A DNA stretch of 51,077 bases, taken from a bacterium. Lineage in GTDB: Bacteria > J088 > JAWLBW01. Below, piece by piece: positions 35,601 to 40,652 of the stretch (the stretch's first letter is position 1; the number at the start of each line of letters is the position of its first letter). The notes beneath the pieces were generated by a model. It searched no databases. It was not told the origin of the DNA and saw only the letters and a list, made by a program, of their open reading frames with translations. Location: NCBI GenBank assembly GCA_041687475.1, contig JAWLBW010000002.1, positions 1 to 51,077 of the forward strand, given 5' to 3'. Both the position numbers and the translations under genes were made by a program.

Positions 35601-37664
35601 GCCGGGGTCGGAGGGCGACGTCAGGTCGAGATAGGTGCTCGCCGAGCCGAAGGTCGATGTGTTACCGGCCGTATCGCGCACGCGTACCCTGACGGTTTTC
35701 GTGCCGTCCGTCGGCGGAAGCGTCACTTCGGGCGTGCCGTCGAACGGCATCCACGCGCCGAGTATGCCTTCGACCTCAATCTGCATCTGCGCTTCGCCCG
35801 AGACGACTACCATTGTCTGCAGCGGCTCGGCGACCCATGCGGGGCTGCCGTTGAAGGCTACCACCGGCTGATTCGGCGCAACGGAGTCGTAAACGACCGA
35901 TGTCGATGCGCCGGCCGAGACGTTTCCGGCCTCGTCGCGCAGACGCAGATAGATGGTGTGCTCGCCCTGTTCGGTCGGCAACATGAACATGGGGGTTGCC
36001 CAGAACTGTTGCCACGGCTCGCCCTGGAAATCGGGGCTCGTCGACAGCTGCATCTGCACGGCGCCGCTGCTCTCGATAGCCAGCGTTACCGTTTGCGTCG
36101 ACACGGCCGCCGGAGCGCCGGAAACCACAAAGGTAAAGATGGCCGGCGGCGTCTGGTCGAACGTTACGTCGACCGAAGCAGTCGCCACATTGCCGGCCTG
36201 ATCGCGAAAGCGCCCGTGAATGGTCTTGAGCCCGTCGCCTCCCTGTAAGGTAAACGCAGGCGTCGCCGTGTACGGCTCCCACGCAACGCCGCCAAACAGG
36301 GCGTCGGCCGAAAGCTGCATTTCGGTTGCCCCGCCCACGTCAATCTGCAGGTTGACGGTCGGCGCCGAAACGGCTGCCGGAGCCCCCGCAACCGCAAAGC
36401 CGAAGACCTCGGGCGCCTGGCGGTCAAGCAATACGGTGGTCGAGGTCTCGGCAATATTGCCGGCGGCATCGCGAAAACGTGCGTAAATACCGTATTGACC
36501 GTCGGAACCCGGCAGTTCGAAGAGCGGGCCCGGCTCGTAAGCCTGCCATGCCGCCCCCTGGAAACCCGGGTCGCCGGCAAGCTGCATGTCGACGGCGCCG
36601 GATACTTCCAACGCGAGCTGCACGGTCGGGATCGAAACGGCAAACGGCGCTCCGGCAACCCCGAAGGAAACAATTTCGGGCACCACCCTGTCGAGCGTGA
36701 CCGAAATCGAGGCAGCAGCGACATTGCCTGCCGCGTCGCGGAACCGAGCGTAAATGGTTTTGACGCCGTCGCCGCCCGGAAGCGTTACTTCGGCGGTCGT
36801 TGCCACCGGCACCCACGTGGCCCCGGCGAAGTCGGGAGCCGCCGACAGCATCATTTCTCCGGCGCCAGTAACACCAATCTCAAGCGTGACCGTGGTCTGA
36901 CTGACCGCGCTCGGCGAGCCGGCCAACCCGAATGTCTGCACGACGGGGGCCACCGTATCGAGGGTAACCGCGAAGGCTACCGGCGCACCGTACGATTGGT
37001 CGTCGTTGAATGCGGCCAGGGAAAGGCTGTTCCCACCTTCCTTCAGGGTCGTACGGAAGGTGAAGGTCTTGTCGCCGTTACGCGACACCACCTGCTGCCC
37101 GTTCAGCGAGACACCGGTGTACATCTGCTTGCGCCCCGAAAGCGCAAGCTCGGCCCGGTTGGTGACAGCGGCGGGAAAGCGATCGACGACAAGCAGCTTC
37201 GGGTTAACGGGGCCGAGAAAGAATTCGCCGGCATCGGTAAGCTCGTCGGCCCGCACCACAACGCCCCGCTTGCGATCGCGCAGTACCAGCTCATTGCCCC
37301 GCAAGGCCTCGATGACCACCTCGTAGGTTCCCGCGGCCATACCCAGAAGCTCTGCCTGCCTGGCAGCCGCGTCGAACGACTCGGTAACCACCGTCTTGCC
37401 GTTCTGGAGCGCCGAGACACGAATCGTCGTCAGGGTCACCGCCGTATCATAGGCCGCCGCGCGCCAGCCATCGCCGCTCGCGGCACGAGAGATACCGTCG
37501 GCCAGCGCGTAATCGGCGGCCAGCGCGTAATCGGCGGCCAGCGCGTAATCGTCGGGAAGATGCGCCTCGAACACAACCGTACCCGGCCCTTCCGGCGTAC
37601 AGCCCCCAAGCGCGGCGGCAGTAACGAGGGCGTTAACGAAAAAACGAAGGCGTTTCGCAATCAT
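23670..37664 (-). CDS. giant (about 4,664 aa) multi-domain surface lipoprotein / adhesin-like protein
   Basis: A single uninterrupted 14-kb ORF (the track gives 4696 aa from 37760). ATG 37664 gives MIAKRLRFFVNALVTAAALGGC, a signal peptide plus lipobox L-G-G-C. The translation contains at least 13 Ig-like repeats (GDGxKTVYxRxRDxAGN), 8 FN3, 6 NHL, 7 FG-GAP, 9 IPT/TIG and 14 Kelch repeats. A terminator follows. Confidence 0.9.
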   Translation of the reverse strand: MIAKRLRFFVNALVTAAALGGCTPEGPGTVVFEAHLPDDYALAADYALAADYALADGISRAASGDGWRAAAYDTAVTLTTIRVSALQNGKTVVTESFDAAARQAELLGMAAGTYEVVIEALRGNELVLRDRKRGVVVRADELTDAGEFFLGPVNPKLLVVDRFPAAVTNRAELALSGRKQMYTGVSLNGQQVVSRNGDKTFTFRTTLKEGGNSLSLAAFNDDQSYGAPVAFAVTLDTVAPVVQTFGLAGSPSAVSQTTVTLEIGVTGAGEMMLSAAPDFAGATWVPVATTAEVTLPGGDGVKTIYARFRDAAGNVAAASISVTLDRVVPEIVSFGVAGAPFAVSIPTVQLALEVSGAVDMQLAGDPGFQGAAWQAYEPGPLFELPGSDGQYGIYARFRDAAGNIAETSTTVLLDRQAPEVFGFAVAGAPAAVSAPTVNLQIDVGGATEMQLSADALFGGVAWEPYTATPAFTLQGGDGLKTIHGRFRDQAGNVATASVDVTFDQTPPAIFTFVVSGAPAAVSTQTVTLAIESSGAVQMQLSTSPDFQGEPWQQFWATPMFMLPTEQGEHTIYLRLRDEAGNVSAGASTSVVYDSVAPNQPVVAFNGSPAWVAEPLQTMVVVSGEAQMQIEVEGILGAWMPFDGTPEVTLPPTDGTKTVRVRVRDTAGNTSTFGSASTYLDLTSPSDPGVPVFSANPVSESVDVSWGAATDGGSGLNNYELRWTTDGANWYFINYVAGESYTWTSAGEGTYQVRVAARDKVGNASGWMVSEALVVDQTAPVVNGAPVVAANPVSSAVGLSWPAATDENGIDAYRLERSVNEGVTWTQLGVTTATTVVDMPGSGYFRYRYVALDAAGNSTASGYSEKVTVDTGLPPIPAAPVPSASVSATGVTLAWTAVVDGMTGTKDYQVQRSSDWVNWTLLATTTDLGFTDIPGADGEYVYRIRARDNALNVSDWSAGSSAVRIDATAPPTPSAPVFSGNPATAAVTVTWSAVTDATNVSYVLEDSADGGSTFTMIAFQPATSFVYAPETDGRYVLRVAAKDEAGNYGPWSTLSDELVFDTTPPEVAGIPVFSANPVSATVTISWAPASDDTSGIQNYVLDVSTDMGATWSQVISTASTSYEYAPVEGTLQYRVHAVDGAGISGPSSPDATLVVDRTAPSSVVTTPMPNDILAGLPLVEGTWAETGAAGLDSVEVALSDGLLYWDGAGFTSPSPVWLPAATSVNFSWTPPALTDGAYQVESRAIDSAGNREVPAAPTAFTIDTLAPACSTCLVIDSPVYPYSATTAVTLLLDANDEHEIEMRIDGDIVDAFKGTWIPFAATPQVNLTGSDGVKTVSVEFRDPAGNTSLSHADSITLDRTSPVLGNVFLANNDAYVNTEVVTLDITATGDATTMVIGGDVDGGLYTTAFTLSTSVTLTAGDGPKVVSVELHDNAGNSSGTLSDNVELDTAAPVDESVEIAGNPVAVSDPTLPLYTYASDAWEMQFADVADFSIATSWETFSSTAMFTLSGDKGGSFAAQVSSPQSVAYDPAGYLYIADTGNHVIRRIDSAANIETIAGDGTPGYSGDGGLATGARLNAPHGLMLDGQGNLYIADSGNHAIRRIDAGGYVSTVAGGNGAGENGDAGLAVDAQLNFPTQVTVDSGGELYIADRDNHRIRKVDGSGQISTAVGTGLPGFAGDGDVPRNAQLSSPSGVWVDPDDNLYIADTGNHRVRKVESAGNISTMAGTGSVGYSAAETIPTSASLDSPTSVVWNEGEVLISDTGNHVLRVIRPDGYLETLLGDGTPGYAGDGGPEQNARLHSLAGLALGEEGGFLADAGNHAIRRVKSGKIDSVAGNGTPGYTGDGVPFVDGDGLRTVYARYRDLAGNLSAAATTTVTLDTTPPSRPYDIRYAESPVSGPVQLSWEPSVDDGVGVSTYRVEASVDAATWFVIGTSAVTSYTASLGEGGYLFRVSASDLLGNRSDTAQLYQGVLVDQTPPSAPGTPLAAANAVSTAVELAWSPATDAAAGIAHYNLGASNDGGTTWYHVDSMTEPVYSYLPADGEYLFVVSAIDRAGNTGAFSSISLPVTIDTAAPPAPEMPVFSANPVSTAVTISWSSVIDSGSGVAEYVLQASSDDGATFATIAVVTQPDYTYLPSDGAYVYRLAAVDAAGNRSSWSPSTGALLVDTVAPGAPVVSIAGEPTYVNTPNVSLSVSAIGATEMQISESADFGGAGWQSYTASPAVTLSAGDGLKTVYVRVRDVVGLISPANAASVTLDVTPPSTTITQPLDGSRQTAVMSVDGMADDGAGSGIVFVESNLSDGVNFFDGASFTSPAPIWFTATGTSSWSWALSALSDGAYFVEARAVDQAGNTGASTFPVQFTIDTLAPQCAVCIAIDVPQYPYTASQDVTLLFEASGETGPVEMLVDGDIVDAYRGTWMPYASMLSATVTAGDGTKTVSVQYRDAAGNTTILQSDTVTLDTSAPLLGAVELAGGASTVNSSLVSLDLTVSGDVATMDVTGDVATPLLDVPFQGTSSINLSPANGEKTVWVTVYDAVGHASSPVSDTVYLSTSGPALTVKAPFRTFVTGATLAWRVDGANTGDDMARGLAALDDLNDDGIADFAVGIPGDDAAGVDAGKVEIRSGADGSVLHTLTGATAGDKFGSSLATVADIDSDGYRDLLIGAPDTDFAASNAGSVYVISGGTRIELTRLDGTAANENYGKTVAAAEDLDQDGKDEFLVGANGSSFGGRVFVVRGSDYGTMFQVSGDNTADELGRSLAGTPDLNGDGTPDFVAGAPYADYGVTDAGSVYAFSGTDASLLYRLDGQVETGYYGMSLTPGMEMLLVGSPAGTEKGALFISNGLDGAVEHVVYSECGPGCGFGAAVAWAGDLEGDGVEAFVVTEEATWYGGSAAGSVHLYSTEEGRYLYRFDGAAGDYLGRTVAVPGDLNGDSVGDLLVGAYSVNGSVLALASTGETRDFARSSLLRFNLTGAPGAVSAEASVNGGAWNELTGDWSVVEIDVGGEGMHTVSFRGVDGFGNPGTAHTETVGVDLTPPTLMITDPVSNVTTTQATELLISGSMQDPITSGVGGVVRGYYWMATYTDLSGEQRGWAEDDGFYNHVDGAREYFVATSQSSFTQAIPNEGEGLYQIDIAALDGAFNASGGVHTEIVVDRTAPTGGITGPTVVSVSQAMLSLQAEDQWWHEWWQLEMMLTGDITDWYAGSWQPFTDSTYVNFTTGNGNKAVTVQFRDPAGNTSPAYTWSVLVDAFALASLSASSATGGTEITLYGSNFGFPVSDSAVFFDGLMANISLWDETAITATVPEEVPAGQVQVWVETGGDVSNSLPLSVQPSLLSLGASTLSGGDLLFVSGSNFAFPVEASIGGVTQPVETWSATTAEIRVADHTPPGTQPVQLWAYGYPTNTLSIDIAPRIDYIGTIAARAGDAVEIYGANLGGSAGDEVYVGGLPAYIVSWSPTNITFEIPAGVAAGNTMIEVFAGGVYSNSTSFDILPTLTSISSSSVVAGDTLTLWGESFGETSVGNSVLINWVNATVLSWTGTTIDISVPANVGAGPQAIEVMVSSMYSEAQWVDVYPVIDSLSFTSGSGGNTVTAYGSNFGTTPSSLLVGGAGATVGGWDQVTFDFQVPNDAEPGVQPLSVNVNGFPSAPVSFTVIPYLNAISPGYGTGGDTMTLSGTNFGSTQGQVLVDDIAATVLSWNAYEIQAEIPQAVTAGSRQMRVVAGGETSAGQWISVSPTITALNPVSGPVGAVVDIIGHNFGNFAVGNTIEFGGVVTEPVSWAPSLIQVRVPPELGPGTWSVQVGIDANYSNGEPFDVFVPMPQITTITPAAARSYATVTIDGSGFGPPAPQNDVYFGGVTANVYTWTDTQIVAEVPVNANAGNLKLRVSKGPDVSNAVPFVHERPWIEMRYPANGAPGTTMTISGRYFGTTTGAVHFDGMPATVNGWTDDTVQVTVPAGTTGRQSVVVLDASSVGSNRVPWVQTGNDVWVPLGDAPLAVSEQTAVWTGTEMIVWGGRHIGPRDTGARYNPATDSWMAVARAGAPEARYAHTAVWAGDRMVVWGGKNGFGAHLDSGGMYDPISDSWQATQPAGVPVARVGHSALYTGREMIVFGGYDGTSFRNDGARFNPRTNQWGPMALAASPRAEHTAVWTGQGMLVHGGRDGAGETNSIEQYNPAGNAWTSFSGATETRRLHTAVWTGSSMIVFGGRSGAADLATGEIFYPQGGTWGTMPTGSPARSGHTAVWAGEQMLVFGGRSSGSPIDAGTAYYPAVESWVNMNNVGSPGPRYAHTTVWTGGDMLVFGGAEVEGEALNTGGRYNPQSDTWTPIDNGGTPVGRTAHTAVFTGSEMIVWGGKNVRTGQHRNTGARYNPATESWTPVQTTGAPTARARHTAVWAPEAGRMIVWGGVDAVGGALNSGGRYDPSLDSWAPTSTLTGVPAARTNHTAVWTGAEMIVWGGTDMTNRLGSGGRYNASGDTWTQVATGGPTPREGHTAVWSGQEMLIWGGVDGTTHYSNGASFNPGLGQWTAIPSTSLSPRTGHTAVWSGSEMIVFGGVSGPTTYFNDGARYMPGTGWTLLGLTGAPVGRARHTAVFSGNELIVWGGVDPGGYAPGGGRYLPGTNTWIGVSGADEPQTRVGHTAVWAPGKGMLLFGGEAGQAQNAGVLNDGGRYLP
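23673..25740 (-). other. giant protein: 14 Kelch-type repeats (enough for two 7-bladed propellers), C-terminal
   Basis: 14 occurrences of the roughly 50-aa unit H-T-A-V-W-(T/S/A)-G-x-x-M-(I/L)-V-(W/F)-G-G ... R-Y-(N/D)-P-x-x-(D/N)-x-W. The protein ends ...NDGGRYLP with no recognisable sorting tag. Confidence 0.8.
25741..27929 (-). other. giant protein: 9 tandem IPT/TIG domains
   Basis: Nine roughly 80-aa units each contain GG(T/D)x(I/L)T(L/I)xG(S/T)NFG and ...V/I..W....I...VP......G...V.V. Boundaries are approximate. Confidence 0.7.
28815..29960 (-). other. giant protein: FG-GAP (integrin-alpha-like) 7-bladed propeller
   Basis: Six DxDxDG-type loops (DLNDDGIADFAVG, DIDSDGYRDLLIG, DLDQDGKDEFLVG, DLNGDGTPDFVAG, DLEGDGVEAFVV, DLNGDSVGDLLVG) plus one degenerate blade, with intervening (F/Y)G motifs. 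Boundaries are approximate. Confidence 0.75.
31165..32035 (-). other. giant protein: FN3 block 2 (3 domains)
   Basis: Units like PVFSANPVSTAVTISWSSVIDSGSGVAEYVLQASSDDGATFATIA...YVYRLAAVDAAGNRSSWS show the FN3-like W...Y...Y.V.A.D..GN pattern. Boundaries are approximate. Confidence 0.65.
32130..33125 (-). other. giant protein: 6 NHL repeats (6-bladed propeller) inserted in an Ig-like repeat
   Basis: Six units have (L/V)YIAD(T/S)GNH(x)(I/V)R(R/K)(I/V) cores: GNHVIRRID, GNHAIRRID, DNHRIRKVD, GNHRVRKVE, GNHVLRVIR, GNHAIRRVK. Each is followed by G(D/N)GTPGY(S/A/T)GDG. Confidence 0.8.
34185..35620 (-). other. giant protein: FN3 block 1 (5 domains)
   Basis: Five roughly 97-aa units, for example PVFSANPVSESVDVSWGAATDGGSGLNNYELRWTTDGANW...YQVRVAARDKVGNASGW. 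Boundaries are approximate. Confidence 0.65.
35625..36968 (-). other. giant protein: 5 tandem Ig-like roughly 90-aa repeats
   Basis: Five consecutive units follow the pattern (T/L)LD..(A/P)P......(A/S)G.P.AVS..TV.L.I...GA..MQLS....F.G..W.....T..F.L.GGDG.KTIY.RFRD.AGN. Confidence 0.75.
37501..37554 (-). repeat. 18-bp in-frame tandem repeat x3 (encodes DYALAA-DYALAA-DYALAD) near the 5' end of the giant gene
   Basis: The plus strand reads gccagcgcgtaatcggcg twice perfectly (37501-37536), then gccagcgcgtaatcgtcg with one mismatch (37537-37554). It lies about 17 codons after the lipobox Cys. Confidence 0.9.
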
Positions 37665-38011
37665 GGCTTCCCTGTAACGAGCGGTGACCGGCAGACCAGT
37701 CGCCGGGTGAACCTTTGGGTGGAACGTCCGAATATTAACACAGCGCGGCAACACCAACAAACGATCCAGATCACACTCCGGAAAATTCTTTCAGACGAAA
37801 TATGGACAAGGGAGCGGGAACAGGCTGAAACGCTTCCCGGCTTCCGGGTAAAAACCTTCGAATACCTCCGGAATCCCCCATGCGTGCGCGGGATCACAGC
37901 AGGCCCGGGCCAAACGGGTTACAACGTGAACAGCGGTCTGTCGGAGAAAGGCTGGCCGGTTAAGCGTCCTTCTGCTAGGCTGGGGCATTCATCTTCCGTC
38001 ACGACTTACCG

Positions 38012-39397
38012 ATGAATTCGCGTACAAGACACCTGACTTCGCTGTTGTTCGGCACCCTGCTTCTGCTTACGCCGCCGTCTGCCTCGGCGCAGGACGACTT
38101 TTCGGGAAACCTGGAAATCGGCACCACCCTTTTCCGCCTCGGCAAAGACGAAAAAGCCGTCATTTACCTAGAGCGAGCCGCCGAGGCGCGTCCCGATGAT
38201 TCTTCGGCGCTGATTCCGCTGGGTATCTCGCTGTCTCGACTCGGTCGCCATGAAGAGGCGGTAACGGTGCTCGAGCGCGCCGAGCTCAAAGGCACCCTCG
38301 GCGCCGATGGGGCCTGGTATCTGGGCGAGTCGTGGAAAGCGCTGGGGAATCGAGAAGCCGCCCGCCATGCCTACCAGCTGGCCGCCGAACTGGGGGGCCC
38401 ACTGAGCACGCGTGCCCTGCTTGAAAGCGGGCGCATGGCCCTGACGCTCGGCGACCTGCAGGGCGCCGAACGCGATTTCGAACGGGTGCTGCAACTGCAG
38501 GCAGCCGGCGATCTGGCCGCCGAAGCCCGCGCGGGGCTGTCCGAGGTGTCACGTCGACGGAGCACCCGCCTGGCCGTAAACGTCGATGCGGGCATTCGCT
38601 ACGACAGCAACGTACTTCTTTCGGGCGCCCCGACGAGCGACGACCGCGGCTTTCGCGCCGTCGTGAACGGTCAGGGACGATACCGCTTCATCGAAACACA
38701 ATCGCTGCGCTCGGAAGGGGCCGTGGTTGTAAATCAGGGCCGCTATTTCGACCCCGACCACCGGGCCCTCGATTTGGGCGTTCACCAAGCGCAGGCCGAT
38801 CTGACCTGGCGGCCGGGCAAGCTACCCCTTCGCCTCGGCGGCCTGGTGCGTGCCGAATACTGGACGCTCGACTTCCATTTCTACAAACGCGCCATCGGCG
38901 TGGGGCCGCGCCTGCTTGTCGCCATGGGCGAGAACTTCGCCACCGCGGCTTCGTGGGAATGGCGGCTCGACGATTTCCGCAGCGACGAGCGCGACGGTAT
39001 CAACCGGCGTGCCCAGCTCAACCAATTCGCCTTCTGGGGAAAAACCGGCTACGCCGGCATCGGGGCCAGTTACGAAACCAACCGTGCCGCCGACGACTTC
39101 TGGATTTACGATCTGCTGAGCGCCCGCATTTTCGGCGGCGGCGACGTGGGGGCGGGCATTCTCGTCGACGGCAGTTTCGAGTACCTGCTTACGCCCTATC
39201 TGGCCGAGTCGGTCGACCGCACCGACCGGGCCCTCAGCGCCGCGCTGGGCGTGAGTCGCTGGTGGGGCGACTGGGGTGTGCGCCTCTCGACCGCGTGGAT
39301 TCGGAACGAAAACGTGCGCGCCCCCGAAATCGGCGTTCTGGCCGGAAACTACACCAAGTGGCTGGGCGGTCTCGAAGCCCGTTGGCGCATGCCCTGA
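38012..39397 (+). CDS. outer-membrane protein: N-terminal TPR domain + C-terminal beta-barrel (Slam/DUF560-like architecture)
   Basis: The signal peptide is MNSRTRHLTSLLFGTLLLLTPPSASA-QDD. About 170 aa are TPR-like helices (GKDEKAVIYLERAAEARPDD, GRHEEAVTVLERA, GNREAARHAYQLAAELG, GDLQGAERDFERVLQLQ). About 290 aa then carry roughly 14 alternating-hydrophobic strand-like segments, starting RLAVNVDAGIRYDSNV and ending GGLEARWRMP. Confidence 0.7.
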   Translation: MNSRTRHLTSLLFGTLLLLTPPSASAQDDFSGNLEIGTTLFRLGKDEKAVIYLERAAEARPDDSSALIPLGISLSRLGRHEEAVTVLERAELKGTLGADGAWYLGESWKALGNREAARHAYQLAAELGGPLSTRALLESGRMALTLGDLQGAERDFERVLQLQAAGDLAAEARAGLSEVSRRRSTRLAVNVDAGIRYDSNVLLSGAPTSDDRGFRAVVNGQGRYRFIETQSLRSEGAVVVNQGRYFDPDHRALDLGVHQAQADLTWRPGKLPLRLGGLVRAEYWTLDFHFYKRAIGVGPRLLVAMGENFATAASWEWRLDDFRSDERDGINRRAQLNQFAFWGKTGYAGIGASYETNRAADDFWIYDLLSARIFGGGDVGAGILVDGSFEYLLTPYLAESVDRTDRALSAALGVSRWWGDWGVRLSTAWIRNENVRAPEIGVLAGNYTKWLGGLEARWRMP

Positions 39398-39473
39398 GTG
39401 CGTTCGGCGGGTCCATGCGGTATAACATGACAGGCGCTCGCGGCCGAAGCGAATCGACGAGGGAGAAAAGGAT

Positions 39474-40481
39474 ATGAAACGTTTGTTGGCGCTGGGCGCC
39501 CTGATGCTTTCCCTGGTATGCACCGAAGCCTGGGCGGCCACCGCTCACGTGGGAACGGTGGTTTCGTCGACCGGTACGGTCGTTCTGCAGCGTACCGGCA
39601 AGCGCTACAAGCTTCCCGAAGGCACCAAGGTCTACAACGGCGATTCGGTGGTAACCGGTAAGGGCGCCTTTGCCAAGATTCTGCTTGCCGACGACAGCCT
39701 GCTCACCATCAACGAGTCCAGCGCCTTTCGCCTGGAGGGGTTCGAGACCAGCGATCAGCAGCGCAGCGGACGTTTTCGCCTTTACTTCGGCAAGATGCGG
39801 GCGGTGGTTTCCAAGTTTCTCTCGGGCAACACCGATTACAAATTTCAGACCCCCACGGCCGTGGCCGGCGTGCGCGGCACCCATTTCGTGCTCGAGTTCG
39901 ACAAGAATGCGCAGCAAACGACCTTGTCGGTCGTCGAGGGACAGGTTGCGTTCAATGCCGTCGACGAGCGCATCGGCACCCCGGTTCTGGTCGGCGCGTC
40001 GCAGCGCTCGGAACAACGCAGTCGAAGCGCCCCCAGCGAAGCCCGTGAAATGACCGACCAGGAGCGTCAGTCGGTAAACGAAGAAATTGCTTCGACCCAG
40101 ACGCCGCCCGAAGGCACCGGCGAGTCGCAGGGCGAAGGCGGTGAACGTCAGGAAGAGTCGGCGTCTACCGGAAGTGACGGCGACGCAGGTGGTGGCGATG
40201 CAGGCGAGGGCGACAGCGAGAACGACGGCGAAGATACCGGCGACGAGGCATCGGGTGAAGGCGGCAATGATGAGGGCGCGAACGAAGACGGAGCCTCGCA
40301 TAACGATGCAGGAGATGAGTCTGCCCAGGAGACCCCCGAACAGCCGGCCGACGGCGGCGTCATCGAACGCACCGAAACCGTTCAACAGGAAGTGCCCCGC
40401 GAGGTCGAGCGCAACCTGCCCACCGACAGTCCGGTCGCAGACCCCAGCGTAAACCCCACAGGCATTCGCGTGCGCTGGTAA
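39474..40481 (+). CDS. FecR-domain periplasmic protein with long acidic low-complexity tail
   Basis: The signal peptide is MKRLLALGALMLSLVCTEAWA-A. The FecR-like beta-sandwich pattern is VVLQRTGKRYKLPEGTKVYNGDSVVTGKGAFAKILLADDSLLTINESSAFRLE...TPTAVAGVRGTHFVLE. An approximately 90-aa Gly/Asp/Glu-rich region follows. RBS gagggag. Confidence 0.75.
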   Translation: MKRLLALGALMLSLVCTEAWAATAHVGTVVSSTGTVVLQRTGKRYKLPEGTKVYNGDSVVTGKGAFAKILLADDSLLTINESSAFRLEGFETSDQQRSGRFRLYFGKMRAVVSKFLSGNTDYKFQTPTAVAGVRGTHFVLEFDKNAQQTTLSVVEGQVAFNAVDERIGTPVLVGASQRSEQRSRSAPSEAREMTDQERQSVNEEIASTQTPPEGTGESQGEGGERQEESASTGSDGDAGGGDAGEGDSENDGEDTGDEASGEGGNDEGANEDGASHNDAGDESAQETPEQPADGGVIERTETVQQEVPREVERNLPTDSPVADPSVNPTGIRVRW

Positions 40482-40509
40482 GCTGCGCAGCACAATCTTC
40501 CCTTGTCTC

Positions 40510-40541
40510 GGCCGGGAGGGCAATGCTCTCCCGGCCTTTTT
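40510..40541 (+). terminator. intrinsic terminator after the FecR-domain gene
   Basis: ggccgggag-(9 nt)-ctcccggcc is a perfect 9-bp GC-rich stem followed by ttttt, 29 nt after the stop. Confidence 0.75.
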
Positions 40542-40652
40542 CATGCCTTGCTTCCCGGATTCGGACTGCCTTCTGGCGACCGAGGGGTAGACAACTGTTG
40601 TGTGACATTGATAGACTACCGCAGCGCTCGCTGGAAACAAGGGGGAACAACC

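Noticed and set aside
32874-36248. 1124-aa plus-strand ORF, plus other long plus-strand ORFs at 23532..24920, 24966..25763, 27525..28334, 28983..30050 and 36495..38015, all inside or antisense to the giant gene
   Set aside because: The translations are Arg/Gly/Val/Asp-rich low-information sequence with no motifs, RBS or signal. They are the expected stop-codon-poor antisense frames of a GC-rich, repeat-rich gene. The minus-strand frame has clear domain grammar throughout.
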